Source of the DNA: Leptolyngbyaceae cyanobacterium
Lineage (GTDB): Bacteria > Cyanobacteriota > Cyanobacteriia > Phormidesmidales > Phormidesmidaceae
Reading direction: 5' to 3'
NCBI GenBank assembly: GCA_965263355.1
Contig: CBDHHL010000032.1
Location: forward strand, 3,680,001 to 3,744,000
DNA: 64,000 nt
Of the stretch, positions 51,713 to 63,787 are shown in pieces (position 1 is the first letter of the stretch; each line of letters starts with the position of its first letter). The notes under the pieces are model-generated. The model was not told where the DNA came from. It searched no databases and saw nothing but the letters and a program-made list of their open reading frames with translations. The translations under genes and the position numbers were made by a program.

Positions 51713-52210
51713 CTACTGATTAGACGAACGACCCTGTTGGGCAAAATCTGACGGGCTCAGGTTTGAGACAAAATCTCGGAAAGCCTCTTTCTCAGCTTCA
51801 TCAGCCTCTCGATCAACTGGAATCGAAGCATCAGCCACGACCTCTTCCATCACCCAAATAGGAGCCCCCATGCGCAGCGCAATGGAAATTGCATCACTAG
51901 GTCGGGAATCAAGCTCTTTAGTAACCTCCCCATGTTTAAGCGTCATCGTGGCATAGAAAGTATTGTCTTTTAACGAATGAATCACCACACGATCCAATGC
52001 TAGCTCCCAATCATCAAGCAAATTAGCAAATAGATCATGGGTCATAGGACGCACAGATTCTTCGTTTTCCAACGCGACAATAATGGCGCGGGCCTGCTCA
52101 TTGGAAATAAAAATAGGCAGTGCTCGTCGTTCGGATGCATCGCGTAGCAAAATCACAGGATTTCGCGAAACTGCATCCAGTGCAATGCCAGCAACTTTCA
52201 TTTCGATCAT
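51713..52210 (-). CDS. Bifunctional nuclease family protein (DUF151)
   Basis: LPIFI, RPMTHDL, FYA, DSRPSDAI.IALR...PI.V.EEV. Confidence 0.9.
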   Translation of the reverse strand: MIEMKVAGIALDAVSRNPVILLRDASERRALPIFISNEQARAIIVALENEESVRPMTHDLFANLLDDWELALDRVVIHSLKDNTFYATMTLKHGEVTKELDSRPSDAISIALRMGAPIWVMEEVVADASIPVDREADEAEKEAFRDFVSNLSPSDFAQQGRSSNQ

Positions 52211-52577
52211 GGATATTAATCCTCTTGGCTCCGCAGGAATCTGACCCAATAAATAGAATGTAGCACCTGAAAATTATCTAAGCTGTGTCAAACTGCTTGG
52301 GCAATATGACGGTTGTCAATCAGCGTCTCATTAGTAAAGGTATGTATTAAACAGCTGTTATAAGTAATATTCCATCTCTAAGCTAAAAGAGTCCGCTCAG
52401 CTTGTTGGCTGTTGAAAAAAATCTTTATTTAGAGTCTAAAAATCTTTATCAAGGACTTCCTTCTTGTAACCTTCATATGTGTGCCATCAGGCTAAACTAT
52501 GCGGCATTATTTTACCTCTGCCAATTGGCTGGTAGGGGGTTTCCAATAGCTCTATCCCTATAAATCATCATAAGAAT

Positions 52578-53252
52578 GTGTTTACCGGACTAATTCAGGC
52601 TTTAGGAAAGCTTCAAACCCTGGATCAGGATCGTCTAAAGATTAGCTATCTTGATGCCTGTAATCCCATCATGGCAGACATTTCTCTGGGGGATAGTATT
52701 GCTGTAGACGGCGTTTGTTTGACCGTTGCAACTATTTTGCCAAAGGGCTTTATTGTAACGGCTTCTCCTGAAACCTTACAGCGGTCTACCCTGGGAAAAA
52801 TTTCCCCTGAACGCCCTGTCAATTTGGAGGCATCCTTGCGGGTCGGTGACAAGATAGGGGGCCATTTTGTCACTGGACATGTTGATGGTCAGGGCTATGT
52901 CGGTGACATCATTAAAACTGATAGTGCCTGGGAAATTAGCTTTACAGTTCCCAAAAGTCAGGTATCTCGCTACATCGTTTCTAAAGGTAGCGTTGGCGTT
53001 AATGGTATTAGCTTAACGGTGGCTGACTGTAGTCCTTCTGGTGACTGGTTTAAGGTAGCTGTGATCCCAGTGACTTACGATGAAACGAATCTGCAGTATC
53101 TGCAGCCGAATGATGCGGTTAATCTTGAAGGGGACATCTTGGGTAAATATGTGGAACGATTTACCCAGCTGAAGCATGGGGCTACCAGCGGAGCAGAACA
53201 GCCTGATGATGATATTTCCTTAGATTTTTTGGCTACCCATGGCTATGGCTAG
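52578..53252 (+). CDS. ribE: Riboflavin synthase (alpha chain)
   Basis: MFTGLI N-terminus, GDSIAVDGVCLTV, GGHFVTGHVD, NGISLTV. Confidence 0.96.
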   Translation: MFTGLIQALGKLQTLDQDRLKISYLDACNPIMADISLGDSIAVDGVCLTVATILPKGFIVTASPETLQRSTLGKISPERPVNLEASLRVGDKIGGHFVTGHVDGQGYVGDIIKTDSAWEISFTVPKSQVSRYIVSKGSVGVNGISLTVADCSPSGDWFKVAVIPVTYDETNLQYLQPNDAVNLEGDILGKYVERFTQLKHGATSGAEQPDDDISLDFLATHGYG

Positions 53253-53746
53253 GGGCAATAAAGCGTATCTTTAGTTGCTCGACCCGTGACAGGATTTACA
53301 CCGGAAGCGACTTCGCACAGCATGTCATTGACCCTCGGATCTAAGTCCACATCCGTGAAGTCTGCGCCTTTGATCTCGGCTTTACGAAAATCGGTGCTAA
53401 AGGCGTAAGCCCCTTCCAGAATTGCGTTTCTTAGGTTCGCGCGAATAAAGCGTGCGCCATCCAGGGTGGCCCCAGTCATATTGGCATTTTCTAAATTTGC
53501 CTGGGTTAAGTTGGTGTCGAAGAGCCTTACACCGACTAGATTTGTATTACTTAGGTCGGTTTCAGCCATATCGGTGCGGGTATAGTCATTACCCCGCAAA
53601 TCTTGACCCGAAAAATCTTGCTGTCGTAAGTTTTGGCGGTCGAAGCTAGTTGCTTGGACTGGCTGGCTAAACCCCAGGACTAAAACACATACCAATAGGC
53701 AACTTAGCAGCCAGAGCTGCCAACAAAGGGTTTTCTGATAGCTCAT
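53249..53746 (-). CDS. Exported/lumenal pentapeptide repeat protein
   Basis: Signal peptide ending VQA, pentapeptide repeats, C-terminal LC..ASG.NP.TG..T..TL.CP. Confidence 0.9.
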   Translation of the reverse strand: MSYQKTLCWQLWLLSCLLVCVLVLGFSQPVQATSFDRQNLRQQDFSGQDLRGNDYTRTDMAETDLSNTNLVGVRLFDTNLTQANLENANMTGATLDGARFIRANLRNAILEGAYAFSTDFRKAEIKGADFTDVDLDPRVNDMLCEVASGVNPVTGRATKDTLYCP

Positions 53747-53856
53747 TAGTAGCGATCGCAACAACACTGATCAGACATTTTAAAACTGTTTTAGTTCTAT
53801 GGCTATGAGCTTCGATACTTGACAAGCGTGTCCGAATATTAAAAAAAAAATCTAAT

Positions 53857-53890
53857 AAAAAAAGCCTCTGCCAGCGGCAGAGGCTTTTTT
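53857..53890. terminator. Terminator after psbC (bidirectional form)
   Basis: A7-gcctctgcc-agc-ggcagaggc-T6. Confidence 0.85.
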
Positions 53891-53911
53891 GAGGCCAATT
53901 TAGACTAAGTC

Positions 53912-55291
53912 TTAGTCTAGATCGTCCATTCCTAGTACTGCCTCGTTTTCACGGTCAATGCCTTTCTCAAAGCCACCAGCAGCAGCACGAGCGCGGCCCG
54001 CATGCCATAGGTGACCAACCAAGAAGAAAAAGCCAAGAACGAAGTGAGATGTAGACAGCCACTGACGGGGGTTCACAAAGTTAACGGAGTTAATCTCAGT
54101 GATAACGCCACCTACAGAGTTTAGAGACGCGTTAGGCGCATGGGTCATGTACTCAGCAGCACGACGTACCTGCCAAGGCTGAATGTCATTCTTAAGCTTG
54201 TCTAGGTCAAGGCCATTAGTACCACGGAGGGGCGATAGCCAAGGACCATCGAAGTCCCAGAAACGCATAGTCTCACCACCGAAGATGATCTCACCAGTAG
54301 GAGAGCGCATCAGGTACTTACCAAGACCAGTAGGACCTTGAGCCGCACCAATGTTGGCACCTAAGCGCTGGTCACGTACCAAGAAGGTCATAGCCTGAGC
54401 CTGGGAAGATTCAGCGTTAGTAGGACCGTAGAACTCACTGGGGTAAGCAGTGTTGTTGAACCATACATAGCAGGACGCGATAAAGCCCATCATGGACAAC
54501 GCACCCAAGCTGTAGGAAAGGTAAGCTTCACCGGACCAGATAAAGGCACGACGAACCCAGCCGAAAGGCTTGGTTAGGATGTGCCAGACACCACCAGAAA
54601 TGCAGATTAAGCCAATCCAGATGTGGCCACCAATGATGTCTTCCATACTGTTAACACCGACGATCCAGCCGTCACCACCAAAGGGCGCGCCAACCAAATA
54701 GCCCCAGATCACAGCAGGGTCAAGGGTAGGGTTAGTAATGACACGAACGTCACCACCACCAGGAGCCCAAGTATCGTATACACCGCCGAATAGAGTGGCT
54801 TTGAACACGAGCAGTAGAGCACCTACACCCAAAAGAATCAGGTGATAACCAATGATATTGGTCATCTGATTCTTATCCTTCCAATCTTGCTGGAAGAAGT
54901 TGGAATATTCCTCAAGGGTTTCAGGGCCACGAACGGCGTGATAAACACCACCAAGACCTAAAACTGCTGAAGAAATCAGGTGAAGTACACCAATTACAAA
55001 GTAGGGAAATGTATCAATAATTTCACCACCAGGACCTACACCCCAGCCCAAAGTAGCCAAGTGGGGAAGTAGGATGAAGCCTTGCTCATAGAGAGGCTTC
55101 TCGGGCACAAAGTGAGATACCTCAAATAGAGTCATCGCACCAGCCCAAAGAACGATAAGACCAGCGTGGGCAACATGGGCACCCAAGAGCTTACCGGAAA
55201 GGTCGATTAGACGAGCGTTACCAGACCACCAGGCGAAACCGGTAGATTGCTGGTCACGGCCCGAAATATAGTTACTAGAGAGCGTTACCAC
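53912..55291 (-). CDS. psbC: Photosystem II CP43
   Basis: [19 protein letters not shown]; canonical GTG start at 55291 overlapping the end of psbD by 17 bp. Confidence 0.98.
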   Translation of the reverse strand: MVTLSSNYISGRDQQSTGFAWWSGNARLIDLSGKLLGAHVAHAGLIVLWAGAMTLFEVSHFVPEKPLYEQGFILLPHLATLGWGVGPGGEIIDTFPYFVIGVLHLISSAVLGLGGVYHAVRGPETLEEYSNFFQQDWKDKNQMTNIIGYHLILLGVGALLLVFKATLFGGVYDTWAPGGGDVRVITNPTLDPAVIWGYLVGAPFGGDGWIVGVNSMEDIIGGHIWIGLICISGGVWHILTKPFGWVRRAFIWSGEAYLSYSLGALSMMGFIASCYVWFNNTAYPSEFYGPTNAESSQAQAMTFLVRDQRLGANIGAAQGPTGLGKYLMRSPTGEIIFGGETMRFWDFDGPWLSPLRGTNGLDLDKLKNDIQPWQVRRAAEYMTHAPNASLNSVGGVITEINSVNFVNPRQWLSTSHFVLGFFFLVGHLWHAGRARAAAGGFEKGIDRENEAVLGMDDLD

Positions 55292-56333
55292 GTGGCAGTA
55301 CCTCTTCGGGGAATACAAACTTCTCGTGGGGCTGGTCCTGAGAGGCCATCCACGCACGAATACCTTCGTTCAGCAGAATGTTCTTGGTGTAGAACGTTTC
55401 AAATTCAGGGTCTTCGGCAGCGCGAGTTTCCTGAGAGACAAAATCGTAGGCCCGTAGGTTCAATGCGAGCCCCACGATACCGACAGCACTCATCCACAGG
55501 CCGGTAACCGGTACAAACAGCATGAAGAAGTGCAACCACCGTTTGTTGGAGAAAGCGATACCGAAAATCTGAGACCAGAAGCGGTTCGCAGTGACCATGG
55601 AGTAGGTTTCTTCGGCCTGTGTGGGTTCAAAGGCGCGGAAAGTGTTCGCCCCTTCCCCATCTTCAAACAGTGTGTTTTCCACAGTGGCCCCGTGAATCGC
55701 ACACAGGAGTGCCCCACCGAGGACACCAGCGACCCCCATCATGTGGAAGGGGTTGAGGGTCCAGTTGTGGAAGCCCTGCAAGAAGAGCAGGAAGCGGAAG
55801 ATAGCCGCCACGCCAAAGCTGGGTGCAAAGAACCAGCTGGACTGGCCCAAGGGATACATCAAGAACACCGATACGAACACGGCAATCGGAGCCGAGAACG
55901 CAATGGCATTGTAGGGACGTAGGCCGACCAGACGAGCCACTTCGAACTGACGCAGCATAAAGCCAATCAGCCCGAATGCGCCGTGGAGGGCAACGAAGGT
56001 CCAGAGTCCGCCGATTTGGCACCAGCGAACAAAGTCACCCTGTGCTTCGGGACCCCAAAGCAGGAGTAGGGAGTGACCCATGCTGTCAGCGGGAGAGGAG
56101 ACAGCAACAGTCAGGAAGTTAGCGCCTTCCAGATAGGAGGACGCCAGTCCATGGGTGTACCAGGACGTGACAAAGGTGGTGCCAGTGAGCCAGCCGCCTA
56201 GTGCCAAGAAGGCGCAAGGGAACAGTAGCAAACCGGACCAGCCGACGAAGACAAATCTATCGCGCTTGAGCCAGTCATCGACGACGTCAAAGACGCCCCG
56301 ATCGGCTCCAGCACGGCCCATTGCAATGGTCAT
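55275..56333 (-). CDS. psbD: Photosystem II D2 protein
   Basis: 352 aa; [16 protein letters not shown]...[10 protein letters not shown]. Confidence 0.99.
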   Translation of the reverse strand: MTIAMGRAGADRGVFDVVDDWLKRDRFVFVGWSGLLLFPCAFLALGGWLTGTTFVTSWYTHGLASSYLEGANFLTVAVSSPADSMGHSLLLLWGPEAQGDFVRWCQIGGLWTFVALHGAFGLIGFMLRQFEVARLVGLRPYNAIAFSAPIAVFVSVFLMYPLGQSSWFFAPSFGVAAIFRFLLFLQGFHNWTLNPFHMMGVAGVLGGALLCAIHGATVENTLFEDGEGANTFRAFEPTQAEETYSMVTANRFWSQIFGIAFSNKRWLHFFMLFVPVTGLWMSAVGIVGLALNLRAYDFVSQETRAAEDPEFETFYTKNILLNEGIRAWMASQDQPHEKFVFPEEVLPRGNAL

Positions 56334-56390
56334 CTCAAATCCTCTTAATATGGCATCAAGTCCTATGAATAAAGGGCTGAGGAATATATA

Positions 56391-56461
56391 AAACCCTTAT
56401 CCACGTCCAGAATCGTAACTTTCTGTAGAAAAACCTACAGGTTGCAACTTGGCCGTGGTCT
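56391..56461 (-). repeat. 72-bp dispersed repeat, copy D, upstream of psbD
   Basis: Minus strand agaccacggccaagttgcaacctgtagg...attctggacgtggataagggttt; one gap relative to copy C. Confidence 0.8.
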
Positions 56462-56934
56462 AAACAACCCTTGAAGGACGTAGGGATGTCACAAGCATCC
56501 ACACATAGGATGGCCGTAATCACCATCAGGTAGGATTTTGGCTTGTACTTTATGATAAATAGACTTTTGTTTTTTTACAATCTGTCACGTACTTCTCAGA
56601 TTAGGCTGGATCTGCCAACATGCTGATACATCTACAGATGAAGACTTTAGAATAAAGTGATTTGTAAAGTTTTGTTGCTAATTGTGTGAGTGTTTATCTT
56701 CATTGAGGCCTGTTTTGAATCGGCTGAAAAAAGAAAATGCAGTGTAAATGCATCGCATTTTATAGTTTTTGCCTAACCATCTTCGTTAGGGTACAGAGTG
56801 AATCACAAAACTAGGGTTGGCTTCACCTATGTGGGAGTAGTTGCGCTCTGGTCAGCGTCCTCGTATCTCGTATATCAAATCGTTTCGCTCAGAATGATAC
56901 GCTAGGTGAATGAGTAATTTCAGATGGATGGTGA

Positions 56935-58167
<1,233 letters not shown>

Positions 58168-58281
58168 GTTTTACTGACCTGGTTGGTTGTGTGATCAAGT
58201 AAATAATGTGTAGAAGCCAGGTGAATCTATGGGTTCCCTGGCTTCTACAATGGTTCATGGTAAATCGAGCGGGATAGCACA

Positions 58282-59595
58282 TTGGTTTTTAAGGTTGGAT
58301 TATTAGGTTTGGGTACGGTGGGTACAGGTACGGCCAAAATTTTGTTGGATGCGGCCCAGCGTCATCCCTTGTTGCAGACCTTAGAAATTCATCGGGTGGG
58401 TGTACGTTCTTTGGATAAACCTCGTGCGGTTAATTTACCGGAGGTTTGTTTGACGACCGATTTAGAAGCAATTGTGACTGATCCCGATATCGATATCGTG
58501 GTGGAAGTTATTGGTGGTTTAGAGCCTGCGCGGTCGCTAATCCTAGAAGCTATCGAGGATGGCAAGCACGTGGTGACTGCCAATAAAGCGGTCATCTCTC
58601 GCTATGGTCACGAGATTGCAGAGGCAGCGAAAAAAGCAGGTGTATATGTGCTGTATGAGGCTGCTGTTGGTGGTGGTATTCCGGTAATTCAGCCATTGCA
58701 GCAGGCTCTGGGGGTGAATCGTATTGATACGGTGACCGGCATTATTAATGGCACAACCAACTATATATTGACTCGCATGCAGTCAGAGGGTGGAGACTTT
58801 GCGCCGATTTTGGAGGATGCTCAGGCCCTAGGCTATGCCGAGGCTGATCCGACAGCTGATGTCGATGGTCTGGATGCCGCTGATAAGATTGCTATTTTGG
58901 CGTCGATTGCCTTTGGTGGCAGAATCCGTCGCGAGGACGTCTTTACAGAAGGTATTCGTAATGTGAGTGCCTCGGATGTGGATTATGCGAAAACCTTGGG
59001 GTTTGTTATTAAGCTGCTGGCGATCGCAAAACGCACTGCCCAAAATACAGACAAGACAGAAACTATTCAACTGCGCGTTCATCCCACGTTAGTTCCCCTT
59101 CATCATCCCTTAGCTAGCGTTAACGACGTAAACAATGCGGTGCTTGTGGAAGGTGATCCCATTGGCCAGGTCATGTTTTATGGACCTGGGGCTGGGGAAG
59201 GGCCGACCGCCAGTGCCATTGTGTCAGACGTGATGGCGATTGCCGCCACTCTCCACATGGAGTCTCCGGCTGAAGAAAAACTGCCTAATCCATTGCTTAG
59301 CAATGCCTATAGCGATTATAAGACCATCAGTCCGATGGAGGAATTGGAAAGTCGCTTTTACCTGAGACTAATGGTGCAGGATCAACCTGGGGTGATTGGC
59401 CATCTCGGGGAAATTTTTGGCAGACATCACCTTAGTCTTGAGTCTATTGTGCAGATTGGTATGCAAGATAATCTGGCAGAGTTAGTGATTGTGACCCATG
59501 AAGTGAAAGAAGGTGAGTTTCAAAAAGCCATTGAGGTGTTGCAAGCCTCTGATGATGTGGATTCGATTGCTAGTGTTTTGCGAGTACTGGGATAG
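58282..59595 (+). CDS. hom: Homoserine dehydrogenase with ACT domain
   Basis: GLLGLGTVG, VTANK, EAAVGGGIP, NGTTNYIL, GPGAG; C-terminal DQPGVIG ACT domain. Confidence 0.96.
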   Translation: MVFKVGLLGLGTVGTGTAKILLDAAQRHPLLQTLEIHRVGVRSLDKPRAVNLPEVCLTTDLEAIVTDPDIDIVVEVIGGLEPARSLILEAIEDGKHVVTANKAVISRYGHEIAEAAKKAGVYVLYEAAVGGGIPVIQPLQQALGVNRIDTVTGIINGTTNYILTRMQSEGGDFAPILEDAQALGYAEADPTADVDGLDAADKIAILASIAFGGRIRREDVFTEGIRNVSASDVDYAKTLGFVIKLLAIAKRTAQNTDKTETIQLRVHPTLVPLHHPLASVNDVNNAVLVEGDPIGQVMFYGPGAGEGPTASAIVSDVMAIAATLHMESPAEEKLPNPLLSNAYSDYKTISPMEELESRFYLRLMVQDQPGVIGHLGEIFGRHHLSLESIVQIGMQDNLAELVIVTHEVKEGEFQKAIEVLQASDDVDSIASVLRVLG

Positions 59596-59598
59596 TAA

Positions 59599-60507
59599 AT
59601 GTTGGGTGGTAAGGGAACTACGGTTTCTGGCGAAGACCTTTACCAATGGCGACTACAGGCTCAGGCTGATGCGCAAAACGCTGATGTCCCTCCTTATGAG
59701 GTGGACTGGATGTTGCAAGGGGTTAGTGATTTAAGTCAGTCGGATCTGAAATTAGGGCTGTATCGGGATTGGGTCTTGCCCTTACGATATTCATTAGACT
59801 GGCTGACTCAACAGTGGCAGCGGCGTCTGACTGAACGGTTGCCAGTCCAGTATTTAGTGGGTGAAACGCCGTGGCGGAATTTGATGCTGGCGGTAACACC
59901 TGATGTACTGATACCTCGGCCTGAAACGGAGCTGATTGTGGACATCGTGCTGGCTTGGGTCAAGCAGCAGGTAGAACTCCCAAAGCCATTGGTGTGGGCT
60001 GATTTAGGAACTGGCAGTGGGGCGATTGCGATCGCAATCGCCAAAACATTTCCCCAATCGCAGGTCTTGGCTGTGGATATTAGTGAGGGCGCCTTAAACA
60101 TCGCTCGACAAAATGCCCAACGTAATCAGGTGACCAACATCGAGTTTTACCAGAGCAGTTGGTTTGACTCATTAGGGGATTGGCAGGGGCGACTATCCGG
60201 TGTGATTACCAATCCGCCTTATATTCCTAGTCAGGTGGTGCTTTCTCTGGAGCCGGAAGTGATGAACCATGAGCCCCACCAAGCATTAGATGGTGGGAAC
60301 GACGGTCTGGATGATATTCGTTTGCTGGTAGAACAGTCTGCCAAATTTCTCCAACCTGGTGGTCTGTGGCTGACGGAGCATATGCAGGGACAGGCAGAGG
60401 AGATCGCAGATTTGTTAGCTGCTAAACACGTTTATGGAGAGATTCAAATTCATCAAGATCTAGCAGGCATTAAACGCTTTGTCTCTGCTAGATTTCGCCA
60501 CTCATAA
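59599..60507 (+). CDS. prmC: Release factor glutamine methyltransferase
   Basis: VLIPRPETE, DLGTGSGAI, NPPY, EP..ALDGG.DGL. Confidence 0.95.
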   Translation: MLGGKGTTVSGEDLYQWRLQAQADAQNADVPPYEVDWMLQGVSDLSQSDLKLGLYRDWVLPLRYSLDWLTQQWQRRLTERLPVQYLVGETPWRNLMLAVTPDVLIPRPETELIVDIVLAWVKQQVELPKPLVWADLGTGSGAIAIAIAKTFPQSQVLAVDISEGALNIARQNAQRNQVTNIEFYQSSWFDSLGDWQGRLSGVITNPPYIPSQVVLSLEPEVMNHEPHQALDGGNDGLDDIRLLVEQSAKFLQPGGLWLTEHMQGQAEEIADLLAAKHVYGEIQIHQDLAGIKRFVSARFRHS

Positions 60508-60539
60508 ATTGAACATTGACACAATACTAGCTTCCGTCG

Positions 60540-62354
60540 TTATAACTTTAATGCTTGTCGAGTAGATTTCTGGGGCGATGTATAGGGTACCTCAGAAGAC
60601 GGTCTAGGTAATCGAATGCAAAATTCAGTGCCTGTGTTTGGGTTAGAGTGGCAGTTGAGGGTTCCCTGGTGGATTTCAGTTACGATGTGATAGCTAATGG
60701 ACAGCCCCAGACCAGTCCCCTTGCCAACGGGCTTCGTCGTAAAAAATGGTTCAAACAACTTTGGTTTAACTGCTTCAGGGATGCCAGGTCCATTATCAGT
60801 GATAAAAATAGAAACGCTGTCTGCCTGACTCTCAGTGCGAATAACAATAGTAGGCTGATAACCTTTTGACCCAAATAGGTCAGAAGATTCCAAGGCATCA
60901 ATGGCATTGACCAACAAATTCATAAATACCTGGTTCAGATGCCCAGGACAAACTAGGATGTCTGGAATATCGTCATCATAGTTGCGTTGCACCAAAATCT
61001 CTGTTTTGGAATCTTTAGGGGTTAACCGATGTCGCAAAATCAATAGGGTACTGTCTAAGCCCTCATGGATATTCGTGGGCCTACGTTTTGCCTCGTCTAA
61101 ACGAGAAAATGTACGCATGGAATTGACAATCTCTTGCACACGACGAGTCCCAATTCGCATGGAGGACAGCAATTTTGGATAGTCCTCCGCTAAAAAATTC
61201 AGGTCAATACTTTGTTCAAACTCTTTGATGTCCGGGGTAGGGCAATAGTGCTGTTTGTAAAGCTGGGTCAGCAGCAGCAGGTCTTGACTATACCGCTGTG
61301 CAATGTTCAGGTTGCCATGGATAAAGTTCACAGGATTATTAATTTCATGGGCAATACCGGCGACTAACTGCCCTAGACTAGACATTTTCTCTGCATGGAT
61401 GAGCTGAGTCTGGGACTGTTTTAATGTCTTAAGGGTTTGCCGGAGAGCGGCTGTCCGCTCTGTCACTAGCTGTTCTAGACGTACATTAAGTACTTTGAGG
61501 GTTTGGGTCTGACGATAATGCCGATATAGCACCAGGCTATAGATAAACAAAACCACTGAGGTTATATATAGGCCGAAACGATAGTAGTTTTTGACGGTTG
61601 ATTGCTTTAAGTAGTAAGCCTTGTAGCTCTCAGATAATGTTTCAATGGCCTGATGGGTAGAGGCATTAGTCAAATTGACAATCTGTTCCTTCACCTCTGG
61701 CTGGACTCGAAAAATTAAGCGACCATGGGTTAACAGGTTTTGTAGTGATGATGCCTGGATCTGAGCTGTTGGTGTTGGTGATTTCTTAAGAGCAACAATA
61801 TCCTCTTCCAGAAGTTCGATTAGGGAGTCGTTGGCGGTGATGTTCTGATACTGAAAAACAGCAGTTTGTAAACGGACCACGTGATCGTACAAGCTGCTAT
61901 TTTCTCTGTCTAACGTTGTGAGGAATGCCGCGACTGCTCCAGGGAAATACTCAAGGGAGTTATTTAGCACCGCATCATCGGATTTAAAGTCTTCTATAAA
62001 GATGTTTCGTCGTTCACTGACTTCCTTTAGCTCTCTCAGGTGTTGGTGCAGACTTTCTGTAGGGCTAATGGAGCTAAACAACCCTGCAATTGTTTGAACT
62101 TCTTGACGAAAAGCATCTGTGTGTTGTGTCAGTGGATCATAGCTTTGGGAAAGTTGTGCTTGAGCTTCAAGCATATCGTTAACGACGATAATATCTTTGC
62201 GTTCCAAATGACGTAGGCTATCAACGATTGCATAGTGATTGCTGACACTATGGGCCTGGGACTGCCATAGCAAAAACGTCAGCAGCACGAAAAGTATGCT
62301 GACAGGAAAAATATTTTTTAACCTGAGCTGCCATTGCCTGCTTAAGTCTGCCAT
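60540..62354 (-). CDS. Membrane histidine kinase with a DAHL-like extracytoplasmic sensor domain
   Basis: TM - (SYDPL...[19 protein letters not shown]) - TM - [55 protein letters not shown]. Confidence 0.88.
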   Translation of the reverse strand: MADLSRQWQLRLKNIFPVSILFVLLTFLLWQSQAHSVSNHYAIVDSLRHLERKDIIVVNDMLEAQAQLSQSYDPLTQHTDAFRQEVQTIAGLFSSISPTESLHQHLRELKEVSERRNIFIEDFKSDDAVLNNSLEYFPGAVAAFLTTLDRENSSLYDHVVRLQTAVFQYQNITANDSLIELLEEDIVALKKSPTPTAQIQASSLQNLLTHGRLIFRVQPEVKEQIVNLTNASTHQAIETLSESYKAYYLKQSTVKNYYRFGLYITSVVLFIYSLVLYRHYRQTQTLKVLNVRLEQLVTERTAALRQTLKTLKQSQTQLIHAEKMSSLGQLVAGIAHEINNPVNFIHGNLNIAQRYSQDLLLLTQLYKQHYCPTPDIKEFEQSIDLNFLAEDYPKLLSSMRIGTRRVQEIVNSMRTFSRLDEAKRRPTNIHEGLDSTLLILRHRLTPKDSKTEILVQRNYDDDIPDILVCPGHLNQVFMNLLVNAIDALESSDLFGSKGYQPTIVIRTESQADSVSIFITDNGPGIPEAVKPKLFEPFFTTKPVGKGTGLGLSISYHIVTEIHQGTLNCHSNPNTGTEFCIRLPRPSSEVPYTSPQKSTRQALKL

Positions 62355-63409
62355 GCTCCTGTCAGAGTTTTTAGAAAGGCCACTATTTGCGCAATCTCTG
62401 AATCCGAAAGATTACGCCCCAGCTGATATATGGCCATCACGCTAACGGTTTCTTCTAAGGTCTCAAGGCTACCGTCATGGAGATAAGGGGCCGTAAGTTC
62501 AACGTTTCGCAGGCTTGGAACTTTAAAGACATAGAGATCGCGCGGGCGTTGGGTTAGATTAAATCGACCAAGATCATTGGCTGTAGTGGTCTCCCGACTA
62601 GCAAAATAATCCTGTACTACCCCCAGACGTTGGTACAGGTTTCCACCAATATTGACTCCTTGATGACAGGCGACACAGCCATAGTCTTTGAACAGCTGAT
62701 AGCCTTGTTTTTCGGTGGTCGTCAGGACATTGGACTTACCCCTGAGATACTTATCAAATCGAGCATTGGGGGTAATTAGGCTACGTTGAAATGTGGCGAT
62801 CGCATCGCGCACATTGCGCTCGTTAGGCACATCCTTATAGGCCTGTTTGAAACTATCCCGATATCCCGGATCTTCGGATAAATAAGCAATCAGATTTGAC
62901 CAGGTATTATCCATTTCCCTGGGACTTAGTAGGGGGGCATCAACCTGTTCTTCTAAACTGTTTGCCCGTCCATCCCAAAATTGCCGAAAGTTATAGCCGC
63001 TGTTAAAAACAGTTGGTGTATTCCGGTCCAAAAATTGCCCGTCCGCTCCCAAAGCCTTTGGCTGACCATCCACACCTAACTGGTCTAACCGATGGCAGGT
63101 CGCACAGGACATCTTTTTATTGCTAGACAACCCCACGTCTTGAAACAATCGCCGCCCCAGCTCAACCTTATGACTGTCTAAGTCAATTGATTGGGGCAGT
63201 GGGGTAATCGGTTGCTCCGCAAATGTTGAATCATCAAAAGATGTTGGACCATCAAACGATATGGATCGGTTAATAGGGGCAGCCTCTTGTTGAGTGGATT
63301 GCAGCGACACACCAGTCGATAATAGCCATATCAAACCACAGCCGACCAACAGCAAGCTAACACCGAGCCAGTACCCTAAAAATCGTGGGCGAATGCTCCC
63401 CATAGTCAT
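62342..63409 (-). CDS. Di-heme cytochrome c peroxidase/MauG family protein with an N-terminal hydrophobic anchor
   Basis: CATCH and CVACH heme motifs, RNTPTVFN, QFWDGRA..LEEQ, FKVPSLRNVELTAPYLHDG, MA.YQLG. Confidence 0.92.
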   Translation of the reverse strand: MTMGSIRPRFLGYWLGVSLLLVGCGLIWLLSTGVSLQSTQQEAAPINRSISFDGPTSFDDSTFAEQPITPLPQSIDLDSHKVELGRRLFQDVGLSSNKKMSCATCHRLDQLGVDGQPKALGADGQFLDRNTPTVFNSGYNFRQFWDGRANSLEEQVDAPLLSPREMDNTWSNLIAYLSEDPGYRDSFKQAYKDVPNERNVRDAIATFQRSLITPNARFDKYLRGKSNVLTTTEKQGYQLFKDYGCVACHQGVNIGGNLYQRLGVVQDYFASRETTTANDLGRFNLTQRPRDLYVFKVPSLRNVELTAPYLHDGSLETLEETVSVMAIYQLGRNLSDSEIAQIVAFLKTLTGAWQT

Positions 63410-63482
63410 TAAACCTTATCCAAATCCAGGGATTTAGCTTGGTCCATCAGAAAATACTCAGATCCTGACTTGAGTTTGGTTG
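63410..63482 (-). repeat. Degenerate copy of the 72-bp dispersed repeat abutting the peroxidase ATG
   Basis: Minus strand aaccaaactcaagt...ctggatttggataaggttta followed directly by ATG. Confidence 0.5.
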
Positions 63483-63722
63483 CCTCTCCTCAGACAATCC
63501 AGCGCTTTAAAGCTATCCCAGGGTTAGGGTGCCCGCTAGCTTCGTGGGTTAACCTAAATCAAGCATAAGGGGCACTAACCGCACGAAAGAAAACCCATCA
63601 CGTTGCCACTGAATTAGGCCAATTTTAATTCCAGCCTGAGTAATCCACGTATCAGTTGGTTGCCCATTAAAATAATTAAATTGCGCGTATCTGCCTAGGT
63701 GGACAACTGCTTGAGTGGTGTG

Positions 63723-63780
63723 AAGCCACGTCCAGGTCTTATTTTGCCTCTGTAGGAAACGACTTGATGTGGACAAGGTT
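63723..63780 (+). repeat. Shortened copy of the 72-bp dispersed repeat upstream of the ABC permease gene
   Basis: aagccacgtccagg...gatgtggacaaggtt, 7 nt before ATG 63788. Confidence 0.6.
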
Positions 63781-63787
63781 GAACAAA

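Noticed and set aside
63549..63776. 75-aa minus-strand ORF upstream of the peroxidase gene
   Set aside because: It starts inside the dispersed repeat, has no motif support and overlaps the probable divergent promoter region.
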